Assembly: GCA_030704615.1 (NCBI GenBank)
Contig: CM060731.1
Coordinates: 17,236,001-17,300,000, forward strand
DNA: 64,000 nt
Direction: 5' to 3'
Source: Takakia lepidozioides
Lineage: Eukaryota; Plantae; Bryophyta
How positions within the stretch are numbered: position 1 is the stretch's first letter; every line of letters begins with the position of its first letter. Positions 41,342-54,259 of the stretch are shown here, piece after piece. Below the pieces are notes generated by a model. That model was not told the origin of the DNA and did not search any database. It saw nothing but the letters and a program-made list of their open reading frames with translations. A program made the translations under genes and the position numbers.

Positions 41342-41445
41342 GTGTGTACCTCATGGTGTAACCGGGGTTTTAATTTTTTTTCATAATTTATAATAAATAG
41401 ATCAGGGATATAACCCCCTGTTTGCAAAAATAAATAAATAAATTA

Positions 41446-42485
41446 TGGCATGGTTTGCTTTTTTTTGGGGGGCCCTGCGTGTGCAGAGCCCCTAGGTACT
41501 AGTAAGTAGTAAGTGAATAAATAGTAAGACGCAGGGGAAGAGAGCCCCGACTCTTTTTATATACCCTCATAGGGCGGTGGGACCTTCTATAAGCCCGCCG
41601 ACCCCTCAGCGGTGGGACCCTTATAGAAGGTTGCCTTGGGACACATGTCACCCCTAGGTGACACTTGCTTCCCCCATGGCGTGCGTGAACCATCCTCTAT
41701 TTAATAGGTCTCAACTTCATTTTTTTTTCACCCCCTCCTGGTGTAGCATACTATAACCCCTGCTTTTTAATTCCTGGACCATCCTCTAATCTTCATACCA
41801 ACTTCCAACCTGGGCCCTTATTGATATGTTACTTCAGGAAGATACATTAGGAAGGAACAAACTGGTGTTGGCGCTGTTGCTGCCTCCAGGAGAAGCCCAT
41901 GTCTCCCAACTTATCTGAAAAAAATACTCAGCGGCCAAGAGGGCGGCAAAAACAAATGCATGACCCTGCCTTTTGATAAACAATGTGTGATTGTCCATCC
42001 TAGGGGGCTTATTTATCATTTGCTCTGCTGCTATTAATTTATTATGTCATGGTTTGCGTTTGTTTGGGGCCTTGCGTCCCACTACTTACTAACTTAATAA
42101 GTAGTAAGTTAGTAAGTAGCCGTAAGACGAAGTGGCTCTTAGTTACGCCGGCTTTGGCTGGAGTCTTCTCTCTACATAGTAAGTTAGTAAGAGGCACATG
42201 GTCTCTCCTTTATATACCCTCACATGGCGGTGGGACCCTTCTAGAAGGTGGCCCACCCCTCTCACACGGCACTCCTAGAAAACCACCACGCCTGCTTACC
42301 CCAATTTAACCATGAACCATCCCCTATTTAGTAGGTCTCACCTTCCTACTTTTAATTTTTGGCCCCCCCCTTACACGAGAGTTATTAATTGAACTCCTGC
42401 TGTAGCTTACTATAACTCCCGCTTCATAATTCCTGGACCACTCTTTAATCCCCACACCCCCTTTCAAACCTTGCCCTTATTGAAA
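41446..42485. repeat. Two diverged tandem copies of a ~400-450 bp LTR-like repeat
   Basis: 41446-41826 and 42045-42485 share tg(g/t)catggtttgc, tttatataccctca, gcggtgggaccct, tgaaccatcc.ctattta.taggtctca, aattcctggacca, gcccttattga; TATA-like box on the minus strand. Confidence 0.7.
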
Positions 42486-42916
42486 CTGTGGTTGGTATCA
42501 TCCAACAACTGTTCCTTCCTATAAGTATTTGGCTCTCAAATCTGGATTCTGGATTCCATATGACTGTATGCATGCATGGGAAGGCAGACCAATAAAAGCA
42601 GGGGTCCTGGCAGTCCCTGGTGTCAACCTTTCTTTGACTCTTGTGCATGGGCAAGTTGAGAGGGCGATCGGACGGACCATACTAACTGTGCAATGAATCC
42701 TCGAGAACATGTGACCCAAGGTGATAAAGAGGCTGCCAGGCGCCATGTTCGACCCTCTGTGCGCACAGTTCCTAACTTAGCTACACGCGTGTAGAGTGTA
42801 GAGGACTGAGGACATCTGCAGTCTGTTCTCTGAATAGCCTACAAAGAAACATTGCCTTCAGGACTCGCAGGTATTTGCGAAGCGGATTCCACGGCTCCTG
42901 ATCTTTCATTTTGTTC

Positions 42917-43446
42917 GAAATGAAATGAAAGGGTACCTACTTTATATCGTCTGCGGAAAGCTCAAAGAGCCTATTGGTCAAGGGAGAAATAAACAAGACA
43001 GAGAGGGGGGCCCTCCACAGGATTTGTTTGAAGAAAGCAACAAGCTCTCCATTACTACATGAGAAGACGGATGCTCCACACAGCCGCCCATACTATAATT
43101 CGGGTTTTTTTGTAGTGAGAAAGCAGATGACAACAAGTTACAATCATTGGGGTTGCAGTGGAAAATTCACAAAAGAATTCTGGTAGAATTGTTAGGTTGC
43201 AAATATAGCTGTGAGAAGTTCAAAAGATAAATAAGAAAGAGAGGGGGGCCCTCCACAGAAATAACAGATTCAAGCTCTCCATTACTACATGAAAAGACGG
43301 CTGCTCCATACAGCCACGCATACTATAATTCGAGTCTCTTTTGTGAGAAAGCAGATGGCATCAAGTTCTTTTCGATGAACAATCATTGGGGTTACAGTGG
43401 AAATCTCACAATAGAATTCTGGTAAATTAGGGTACAAATATAGCTC
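42917..43446 (-). repeat. (CATTT)n-tailed retroposon end followed by a ~240-bp tandem duplication
   Basis: gaaatgaaatgaaa...ggaaagctcaaagagc as at 148 and 12308; 42990-43210 is colinear with 43228-43445 (gagaggggggccctccacag, caagctctccattactacatga, caatcattggggtt). Confidence 0.65.
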
Positions 43447-45298
43447 ACATATTTTTGGGGTTGCGCTTATTTTAGTTTCCTGGAATTCAGTTAGGCTGCA
43501 CAATCATTGTCCAAACTGACTGCTATAAATTCCTGCCTTCAATTGAAATTTCCGCCACAACGGGATTCCAGTACAACATCTCCCCGGACCAGTTGTGATA
43601 TGAGTTTCACCACCTCAAACCATTTGTCTTCGGTGATAACGAGTGGATGCAAGCTGCTATGGGACGCAACGGAGCTCTGTGGGTTTTGCTAACCCAAAGA
43701 ATCAGTACCCGCTAACCTAGAGTAGGCAGTGAGAGACTAGGCATTAGGAAAAAAGTTGGGTTGGAGACAGAAAGCATATGAGATGACTCTTCAGAAACAG
43801 AAACTGATAAGTGCAAAAGAGCATGCATGAATCTTGTGATCGAGCACTTTTCGGAATGATAGTATGTACCTCAGACTACTTGGAGAAAGAAGGATGTTAT
43901 TCTCCCTGGAGGTAAATACATTATTTCAGCGATACGTTCCCGAATCGGCCCAACCATATCTGAGTCCCAGCGGATTTAGAAAGCCTACTGGTCAATCGAA
44001 CGGCCAACGGAGACTTTTGAAGGCGCATGTTGAAAGATTGAAGCCCGGATAACCCTGGTCTGGCGTTGCTTAGTTGCCATTGGAACACACCAGGCACTAG
44101 GTAGACAAATGAGGCATTCAAGACCAGTAGGTAACATCTGTGCATGCACACCAACCACAGACGCAATGGATCGTCAGAGTCATTGATTGTCTACATGCCA
44201 GCCCCTTTCTTCACCAGTCTTATTACACACTGCTCAAGATCTCCCTGTAACTTGACCTCGTGCCAAGCTTCCAACATTTCCATTTGCTGGGGAGCAAAAC
44301 CTTTCCAAAGCATGGTGCCTTCGAGGTTAATCATATTCCATCGCTTCCCCAATGGTGGCTTTGATTGGGGACACGGTTGCAAGATAGATGAAAGGGTACT
44401 TGATTTGCTTTAAGACTCATGACTCCATCTCCTAACTCTTACTGTGAAGTAATATATTCAGTGGAATCTTCACATAGATGCCAGCTGTTGTGTACCCAAG
44501 TTTCCTCCTTCAAGACAGCCCTGATAATCCGAGTGGCTTCTTGAAAGGTCTGAGGCTAATTCACATGATCACAGGGACGTCGGTCGAGAAATAATACCTT
44601 CACTCCGTTTGGCTGGGCTGTAGAGTTTCAGCTGAGGACAGTTTTGATGTACCTACCACCCACCCCTGGATCCTTGATGGTACTATTGTTGACAATAGTG
44701 CGAGGATTTAAATCCTTCCATGCACCTTGGTAGGAGTCTTCCATCTTGAAGCCCAAGATTGGTCCAGCCTGCTATTTCAGAAGTCGAAGAAATGTAAGTT
44801 CTATGGTGACAGCTCAAATAGGGAAAACATAGAAAATTGGTGGCAGGGGGTGTCACTTGGTCCCCACTAAGCATACTTCAAACATGGTTTCGATCCCCTC
44901 ACTATGCCTTCCCTTACTTTTCCCCAACCCCAAATACACCTCACAAGATAAACAGAAAATTGGCTGCCTGGATACTTAAAAGCAGCAAAGATCTAGACAT
45001 TCCACCTCCACCACTATCTATAAAACAGAGTTGAGGAAAATCTGCACACTGCAATTTTGTGCCAAGTGATCTCAGTTTGCACACACTGGCTTGCTAGACA
45101 TGTATATTTTGATGAGTTTGGGAAGCATTGAACATTTAGCCATGAGGAAATGTCTTTCTACTTGAAATTCCCACATAATAGCATAAGCAAATGAGCCAGA
45201 ATTGATACAACTGTTCCCACCAATAATGTCCCAGATATGAGGCTAAAAAATACTAATTGTGTCAAGACAACCCTTGTAAAACACACGAAGACAATTCC

Positions 45299-48200
45299 TT
45301 AATTGACAACATCAAATACTAGCCGTCGAGACTTGATGGGAGACCATTTCCATCGCTTGTAATACCCGGCTTGGAATAATACAAGTGTCAGCACAAATAT
45401 CCATTTTGCCCCAATCTGTCCCTCAAAAACCACCACAAAAAGCCCAAGGAAGAAAACATTTGAGGATCACTCATTCCCAAAAACACACAGGGCATTGTAT
45501 CAGAAACTGTTTACTACTCTTACCATTGTAACAGGAACGCAGCCTACTGTATTTATAGCATTTCCAACCTTCGCCAGAATCCTCTAGAGGAGCTATGGTC
45601 AGCAGTTTATCATTGAAGGCAGTGACGAAACTCATCCACTTTTAAGAAGTGTTTTTATTATGGCCTCACTAATCTCCAGTCTTTGCCTCTTTGTTATCAC
45701 AGTCATGTTTCAGTGGAGGAAAAAACATTGGACTTTTTGGCTGCATACAGACACACCACTTGTTTAAAGCATGCATGGGTGCAGATAACTACCAGCTTAC
45801 GCTCGTCCATCTCAGGCTCGGCAGCCCATGATAGGAAGCTCCCAACATCTTTTGCCATCTGCAAAAATGACATACTCCTCAGACAAATTTACCAACAATC
45901 CACCAGTGACACATTGAGCTCTAAAAGAAAGACCACGGGCCACCACACCATGTCAGCTAACTAATATTTGCAACTGGATCACTTGCGGGGGCACCGAATC
46001 TCTGGTTACTCACACATACCTGGGACTCTGTGGCAGGGGTTCCATCTTCATACTCAACCCCACCATCAGTGAGCATCTTAGGCATTGCAATCGCCCCCCC
46101 TGGAAAGTATGGATTGTAGTGCAACCCTTCTCTCACCTGTCACAGCCGACAAGTTCCCACTTTCAGGGATTATTGTTACAAGAAGGAATTAGATCTTTGC
46201 TTCAAGATTCTTAAGCATGGGAACTACAACAGGACCAATATGCACTCGAATTCAAGAGAAATACAGGTCAATAGACATGTTTATATATATGAAAGAAGCC
46301 TAGAGCCTCTTGAGCATCCAAGCAAACAAACAACCTCCTTAACATGTACGACATATAACATGACCTGCAAATAGGCCACATGTAACTAAGTTGATCTGTG
46401 TCAAACCTGTACCTAACCACCTATTGTCCAAACAAAGTGCCTGAAAATTGACAAGAGGACCTTCCTGGACTGAGTGCAGAATGCGACAAGAGGGGGAGGG
46501 GGACACTCAAAATGAAGTAGAGCACAAGGGTTATGGTGTGACGAAAGACTCACAGAGATACCAGCAGGAGCTTCACGATAGCCAGTCAGCAAGGCAAACA
46601 CATAACTCTGCCCATTGTGGCGTGCCTGCCACCCCCAAAGTAGAGCTCATCTCAAATCAACCTGGCTTGCACAAAACATACTCTTGGAATGCCAGACTGG
46701 TATGAGTGCTTCCCAAATTATCTCTCCATATGATTAACAGAACACATACCACCAGGAACCAACGATAGGTGCATCTACAGTAGAAGCCCATCACAGTGGT
46801 GATGATCCAACTGTAAAACTTCCAACACTACTCCAACTTCTAAATAAGTCAACATCGTAAAGGAAAGGTTCAACCCATCATGCTGAATGCCAAAGGTATG
46901 CACAAGCACTTCCCTACAGGTTTCCACTCACTGCACAAGCCTATGGCATCCCCGTGACAGATTTGACACATGTGATTGCACTGGCAGTGTGCTTGAGAGA
47001 GAAATAGTCCATGGGAGGCCCAAGGGGAAGAGAGAATGTACTCATAAGACGTTGTTTGCCGTAGCCTTGTGGCCATTGACCCCGCGCCCAGTTTGAGCAG
47101 AACACAAAGGGACAGAACCTACCTTTGTCAGGGGCTGACGCCGGTAGTAAGACTTACCTTGGAATAAACATTTGATCCGGGTTTTCCAGATATCCTCTAG
47201 AAATCCCTTTACACAAGCATCAACCTGCTTTGTGTGGTTTGCCCAATAACTAGGCCCCAAAAGGGCCTGGGCTTTTGGCTCAGCCTCGAGACTTTCAAAG
47301 TTGGTAAACAGAGGTACAGACACAATTATCCAGCAAGGTCAAGACTTGCGGGTCCAGATTCAGATCCTTGAGAATCTCTTCTACTCTCTTCTGCCAGGAC
47401 TTAGCCTGTTTGACAGGGCGGTCATGTTTCCAAGATATAGAGTCGATTAACTTAGGGTATCTGGTGTTGGACATGTGTTGCAACTGACCCCACCATCTGA
47501 CCTTGAATTCATCTCGTCGGGAGCTTAAGGAAGGGATGCCAAACACACCCCGAATAGCCACATTGGCTGAGCATGCTGACATGCACTCCTTAAGCACCCC
47601 CACTTGAATGGATTCTAGAGACTTAGCCTGGTTGGAGTTATCAACCCATATAGCAGATCCGTACTCCAAGGCAGGTCTAATAACGCGGCAAAGCAAGGAT
47701 TTCTTGACCTCAGATTAATCCCTCTGCAGTGGAAAAATTTAATGAGACTCAGCGCTTTGCCCTTGCCAGTTTGAACAACTTTCTGGATATGTGCATCCCA
47801 GTTACAGTTGGAGGAAAACTCAACGCCAGGTATGTGTAGGAAGAGAAGACTGGAATCTCTTGGCTACCCCACTGCCACTTAAGATCACTTCCTCCCTCTC
47901 CTCTGTCGTTGAATGCCACCACTGCACATTTACTGACATTAGCCTCTAGCCCCCAAAGATCAAAGTATCTCTTCGCGCAATCAATCAATTCCTGGAGGTT
48001 GGAAGGAGTCTCCCCTATGCCTGCGAAGTCATCCGCAAACATAAGGGCTGGAATGGTGGCATCACCACCCCACCCAAATCCCTCACGTTCCAATCCTCGA
48101 GGAGTTGATTGATGAAAACATTGAAGAGCAGAGGGGAGAGGGTACATCCTTGAGCTACACCTTGGTCTATGTCAAAGAAGTTAGACTTCTGTCCAATAAC

Positions 48201-49293
48201 AGTGACACAGCTTTTGGTGTGAGCATACAAGTTATGGACAACTCTCCACATCCCGCAAGACCAGAGGCGGAGCCATAGACCATCTCTCCACACTGTGTAA
48301 TAAGCCTTTTTGACATCCAAGAAGAAAACATAAGTGGGTTTCCCTTCTTTTTTCCTTCCCTGGATAATCTGGCTTAGGGTGAAGATATGGTCCACAGAGC
48401 CCCTGATTCGCCGAAAGCCAGCTTGGCCTCATGAAAACAACCTCTAGATTCCAGATCAACCTCGAGACGAGTACTTATAACTCTGCAAAATATCTTGCCC
48501 AGCATTGAGAAGCGATGCCACAATAGTTCCCCGGGTCGTCTCTGTCACCCTTCTTATATAGATTGACAATGACCCCCTGTCGCCAGCGGAAGGCGATCAT
48601 TTCAGTCTTCCAGATAAGGTTAAAGAGGAGAACTAGGGCCTCTATCATGGGATCGCCACCGTGCTTGATAAGCTCGTTGACTATGCCATCAGGACCACCT
48701 GCTTTATATCCATTTAGATGATCAATTGCTTCCACAATCTCAGAAGAACTAATGGGAGCGTTGTAGGCCTTGGAAATATACTCCAGTTCATCAGGGCTGT
48801 TTTGAATCATAGGAACAGTTTTACCAACTGTGTCCTTCCATTCATCAGAGGACCCCTCACTGTTAGACCTAGAAGTTCTGCCAAGGATACTGTAGTGGGT
48901 TTCAAAGGTTTTGACAATGTCAACCAATGAAGTTACCACTGCACCCTTAGTAGTCTTCAGCGCTTGTACTTGCTGACAGCTTTTCGGCTTCTACAAACGT
49001 TGAAGGGCCAACCAGAATCTCTTGTCATTACCACCATGGTGGTTTGAGTTTATTTCACTGTATAACTTGTCCCAGTATAATTTCTTCTGAGCCCTTACAA
49101 GCTGATTGAAATCTTTACGGATCTGGTAGTACCTCGCCCACAATTCTTTGTTGGTTTTCAAATTGCAGCACTCTTTATAAAGGACTCGTCTCTCAGCTAT
49201 CTTGAGTTTAATCTCATTGGTCCACCAATTAACAGCTCTGCCGCAGACAATTAGTTACCTCCCAACGATGATCTCAGTCCAAACCAGGAAATG

Positions 49294-49352
<59 letters not shown>

Positions 49353-52077
49353 CATTGCCTTGGCGATAAGGCTCAAATCAGGAGGGTAGGCACCCCCATT
49401 GGCAAACCGTGCAGCTGACTCGTTTGCATATGGCTTTTGAAAGGGGTCGCTGGGCTTTCCAGGCCGCGCGTACATCTCACCCTGATCATTGGGTCCATCT
49501 TGCACCTGCAAAATGATTCAAGAAATCACCTCAACAAACACGAAAAGAAAACTGGGAACCCAGCATCCAGATGAGAAGTTCAACTTTTGGATTTCAGACC
49601 TCTACTCACAGCATAGTCACTTCCTTGACCCTAGAATGACAAATTGATCTGAAGAAAATTATTGTCTACTCTATAGTAGCCAACATCAATGTTATGTTTA
49701 GCCTAAACATACAGCGAATTCAAGGTAGCTGGCTGAGCAAGGGCAACACACAATTATTTGCTAAGCAGCATCCACTGTACTACAATGCTGAAGCTGTATG
49801 GCATCTTGAGAAAAGGGATCAAGTGGGTTGCCAACCTTTGAATTGCCTCATATGAGACAAAAGACTCATCAAACAAAAGCTGCAAACACACACCCAGCTT
49901 TATCCTAAAGACAGACCACATAAGCAAACTGATGATGGCGTCTGATTTGAATGCATACATAGACATGGGAGCATTTGAATGGACTCAACCCATAACAGTT
50001 GACAAACTTAAAAATCAGCACCAACTACACATATCAAGATTTGCAGGTTGCTTTCAGTACAGCAGTTTTGATTGACAGTGGATACCAATCATCCCTGAGA
50101 CTCAATATAGTACCAGGTGAAAACAGCAGTACATTAATTGTCGGGACACGAATAAACTCCCCTGCACTTGACTTACCCTAGCATTGACAACAATGCATCT
50201 TTACTACAGCTTAAGCAAAAGGTCTGACATCTCTGTTTGGTGTGATGTTGCTGGGATTCAAGATCGCATTTTCCCTACACTTAAAAAGGTAATACCTCAA
50301 CTTCAGCTGAAATTGCTTTGACCTCATCCTCAGTATAGGCCACCCCAATGAGGTCACGATAAGCAAGAAGTGACATGCTATGGCACGCTGCACAGATCTG
50401 CTGAAACACCTGGTGACCACGTCGAATGCTGCCCCACACCATCTCCCATAGGGGCAACAATCTCAGTGCATGACAAGACAACTTAAAAAATTTGAAGTAG
50501 AGAAGGTGATGGTTCACACAAGGGGTTTGCGAATACAACATCCCAACTTCCGGGCCATCAAAATGATTTCTGTTGTGGGATACTTGTCACCTGTACCAAA
50601 GCCTACCCCAATAATATCGCCAGTCGGGAGCACCAATTCTGATTCCTCTCACAGGAAGGTAGGACATGGGAGAGAAAGAAAGAAGGGAAGGAAAGAACCT
50701 GAGAGTGTCCATGAGATCCACTAGAGCTTCTGGAGTACAAAGGGAGGGGAGGATTGAAGGGGAGTATTTCACTCAGTTGCAGAGACAGAGATGCAAAATC
50801 TTCACACAAACAGGCATAACTCTTCCCATTCCAGCAGATTATGACCAGCTACTAATTAGTTTAATCTCCCACTGCGGCAATGAACAGAATGGAGTTCAGG
50901 ACAAACCAGATTGCTGGGACAACTAAACATACAAGTTCAAAATAGCATGCTGTCCGTCAATTACACCTACACTCTATCAGATTTCTGATGTTGTTTGCGA
51001 CACCTTGAACTCAATTTTGTTGTTGTTGGTCACCTGAGAAGTTGCTAGCTAGCAGACAAAAGTTCATCTCCTGTTCACTATAAGTGTGATACTTTCATAT
51101 AAACATCAGAAACCTGCTTCATATGGAAGAGGCACATACGAGGCATGGTCGTATGAGCTGAAAAGGCCCTTATGTGGCCATGGATAATTTGGTGAGGCCA
51201 ACCCATGTTCTGCTTCATCTGCATGTGCCAGGCCTGCAAGCCCTAACAGCCCTGTTGTGCTGGCTCCAAGAAGCGCAAAAATCCTCGAACCTTTCCATCG
51301 TAAGCTTCTGCAGCCATCTTGTTGCTGTTGATAGCCAACAACAAGGTCACTACAGCTGTCAGAAAACGTAGGAAAAACATTCTAACCACTTTCATAAATT
51401 GTGTGGGCGCTTCACTCGTGTTAGCTTTCAATAGGATAGCTTTAACTTGTGGGGAGAGGGCCAGTTGACTATAAACTGCTCTTACAGGAACTGGACATAG
51501 TGACTATAGCTTAAAAGAAATTAACCTCAAAAAATAGAGATCTTAGAACAGAGGGGAGGGAAGACTAATTTTCCAGCAAATTTTTGCATCATACGTACAG
51601 CCCCAATAGTACTTGAGCCTTCATCAGACTTGACACACTCCCATCGAGTTCCAGCCAAGGGGATATAATGAATAGGTCATACATTGCTACACGGTAATGT
51701 ACATATTCCGGGGGAGATGAGATCACATCCACAGAGGGAAGACAAACACCGAAGGGCGAATCTCGGGTCTCAGGTGCGTTGGCAGTTACATTCCCCAGCA
51801 AACAACATTGAGACATAGAAAGAAGAAAGAATCCTCGAAGCGGAAAAAGACTAAAATCATACATATACTGAGGAGAATACAAAAGAAGAGGCACTGGTGA
51901 CACGATGAGAAAGATCAACATGAAGAGAGAAAGCAATGCGCAAGAAATCAAAGTCATCACACCAAGAAAAAAAAATTAGATCTCACCTGAAGAGCTCACC
52001 TGATTCCGGAATGCTGGCCTCGCTTGCAGAAACCCGATCGTCCGACACAATGCCCGGCCTGCAGATCCGACCGCCAT
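45299..52077 (-). CDS. CYC1: Cytochrome c1, heme protein, mitochondrial (complex III), ~304 aa, 8 exons
   Basis: Exons 52077-52000, 51324-51140, 50428-50296, 49505-49359, 46625-46554, 46136-46020, 45858-45793, 45415-45299. ADEAEHGL cleavage site, heme motif [43 protein letters not shown]-terminal TM ending [11 protein letters not shown]. The exon 1-2 junction is inferred from phase. Confidence 0.95.
47037..49252 (-). mobile_element. 5'-truncated, frameshifted RTE-X/L2-like LINE (reverse transcriptase) in CYC1 intron 4
   Basis: [81 protein letters not shown]; ORF stops a few bases from the 3' end. Clade assignment is tentative. Confidence 0.88.
49298..49347. repeat. (AG)n/(CT)n microsatellite, ~25 units
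   Basis: Uninterrupted AG dinucleotide run just inside CYC1 intron 4. Confidence 0.97.
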
Positions 52078-52349
52078 GGACACTTCTTCCCCTCAACCGT
52101 GAGAGGCTGAAGAGCGGAGCCTTGAACAGCAGCAGTTTTTTAGTTTGGATGAAATACATATCAATGAAAGCCACATGGATGGATCAACTTCTTTCCCTTC
52201 TTCCTGTGCGAAGTGCGAACCTTCTTTGTCCACATCCTTCCGCGACGAATGTGTTCTCGGTATGGATGACAGTGTGCTGCAAGTTCAAAATGCATGCGCG
52301 CGGTATGTTGCGTGAGAGAGAAGCGGAAGGGAGAGCCTTGTATGCGACC
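52078..52349. promoter_or_regulatory. Putative compact bidirectional promoter between CYC1 and COM1
   Basis: Divergent start codons at 52077 (-) and 52350 (+; alternative ATG at 52290) leave under 300 bp for both 5' UTRs and promoters. Confidence 0.55.
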
Positions 52350-54259
52350 ATGGAGGAGCGGCAATGCACTGCGCGCGATCACCTCAGTTCTGATGGCGAG
52401 TTGGACATTGAGGTTGGCTTGAGTGGTCTCTGCACTATATTTTTGGCGACGATTGTGGAAGCCAGAGAACGCATTGATCACCTGGAGGTCACATTCTGCA
52501 ACCAGCTCTTCCCGGCCTTCCGCTTTGAGCTGGCAAAGTCAACCAGAACTGCGAAGAGGTTTGAGAATGCATACAATGCCGCTGTCAGTGATTGGGAGAA
52601 AGAAAGGGAATCCCTTGTGCAGGAAATGGATTTTATACGATCTGATTTGAAGGAGGCGCAAAGAGGGCTTCGTAGGCAGAAATCTGAGGATTTATCGGCC
52701 CACGCAGAACAGGACGTATTAAGGTCGTGGCCTGTTGTGGAGAATGAGAAGGAATCTCTTGGTTCTGATCATGCAATTCAGAAAGATAAAAAGGATGAGA
52801 AATCTCTGTCAGAAGAGACGGACCGTCGGCGTTCAGCCAGTATCGGTGGCAGGGAACCTGTACGCTCTATGGCAGAGGAAAGCAACCCGGCGTGTTTGCG
52901 AATGGACCGAAATAAGGACGAACTTTGTCGCGATCATGAAAAAGAGACAGATGGGATTCTTAGGCGACAAAATCCGGACAAGGAAAACCTCCAAAATCTC
53001 CCCAAGGTTCTCCAGGAAGGACAACGCAACCGCGCCTTCACAAATTTGACGAATAACTCCCATCATGGGCAGGCTGTTCCTGAAGATGTGCGCCTTATGG
53101 CAGAGGAGAGCACTCCGGCGTGTTTGCGAATGGACCAAGAGAAGGACGAACTTTGTCGCGATCAGGAAAAAGAGACAGATTGCATTCTTAGGCGGCAAAA
53201 TCCGGATAAGGAAAACCTCCTACATGTCCCCAAGGTTCTCCAGGAAGGACAACGCAAACGTGCCTTCACAAATTTGACGAATAACTGCCATCATGGGCAG
53301 GCTACAGGTCTGATTTTCAACTCGCTTCAATATGCCTCGAAATGCCCCATTTATCACCAATGAAGCATCCTTTCACGCAAAGTCAGATGTCTTGTAGAAA
53401 ATGTTATAGCTGGCTCTTTGTTGAATCAGTTCGTAGCCTCTGCTGCTGAGACCACTAGATTATAGACTGATACTGCAGCGCTGTGGGTTACCCAACCATA
53501 TCAGATCTTCAGTCACCTACAACGCAGGTGAGAAGTTACCAACATCGCGACATTGATACACAGCAAGCTTGTGCAAAGGATGCGTCTGGTACGAGAGCAC
53601 TTCCTTTCTGTCTTTCGTTTTTTTATTGCCGAATTTGTGTAATAGAGGAAACCTATGTAGCAACAGTGGCAGCTGTGAAACCATAACACATATATTGCAA
53701 TTAGAATGCATACCGCTCTGGCCAACAAGGATCTGCAAATCCTTATAGCTGGATGCTGATGCCTTGGGGTTTTGGTCATTACCTCAATGGTATATAAAAC
53801 CAGAATCATATATTAGAGAGATTGAAACTTCTAGCACTTTCCGCATCTGCTTGATACTTGCGTGTGCTTGCTTGCCCAGTCTCTTGCGATCCAAAATCCC
53901 CAGCAGTGGTCCGCCCCTGGCAATCCCTTAAGCACAAGTCAGGGTATCGACCAGCAGCTTCTTACAGAGATCACAAGTCAATGGAAGCCTCTGGCATGCA
54001 AAGGCGGGGGCTGGCCAATGCCAAGCATCCTACTTACAAGTATGTGGAATCCGTTCGAAAGAAGAACAGAAGAGAAGAACTACAGGCTACAGAGTGTCAA
54101 CAGTGTAAGAAGTTTTACGATGTCGTTCTTGCTAAAAATGCCAACGGGGTGACTGCATCCCGGTGCGAGCATCATGATGCGTCTCGCCATCGTCACCGTC
54201 ATGCTCCTCCTGCTACTCCTGAAGACTTCTGGAACCTTGGCTTTGATTCTGACCTATGA
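52350..54259 (+). CDS. COM1: COM1/SAE2/CtIP homolog (GAMMA RESPONSE 1), DNA end-resection factor, ~437 aa
   Basis: Exons 52350-53307 and 53904-54259 join in phase 1. N-terminal LSGLCTIFLATIVEARERIDHLEVTFCNQLFP coiled-coil motif; C-terminal SAE2 domain YKYVESVRKK...ECQQCKKFY...SRHR...PPATPEDFWNLGF. Start codon and possible small internal exons are uncertain. Confidence 0.9.

Larger units (their letters stand above)
32713..41441 (+). mobile_element. Full-length but inactivated L1/Tx1-like non-LTR retrotransposon, with a nested hAT MITE in its 3' UTR
   Basis: G-rich 5' start, ORF1 with zinc knuckle, ORF2 with APE endonuclease, RT and zf-RVT, AATAAA and A-rich tail at 41393-41441; flanks rejoin into a copy of the repeat at 41999-42485; short TSD atta. 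Confidence 0.9.

Noticed and set aside
32667-42044. 46-bp giant target-site duplication around a 9.3-kb insertion
   Set aside because: The LINE tail ends at 41441; the repeat is better explained by a pre-existing tandem unit split by the LINE.
41446-42485. TRIM retrotransposon
   Set aside because: No PBS or PPT in the spacer, no TSD, and the two repeats are too diverged for one insertion.
43500-44700. Possible pseudogene or TE coding remnant downstream of CYC1
   Set aside because: Short ORFs with no identifiable domain; cannot be supported without a database search.
51936-52289. 138-aa N-terminal extension of the 475-aa ORF overlapping CYC1 exon 1 antisense
   Set aside because: COM1 homology starts near 52350, which has a good start context; the extension is most likely an incidental open frame.
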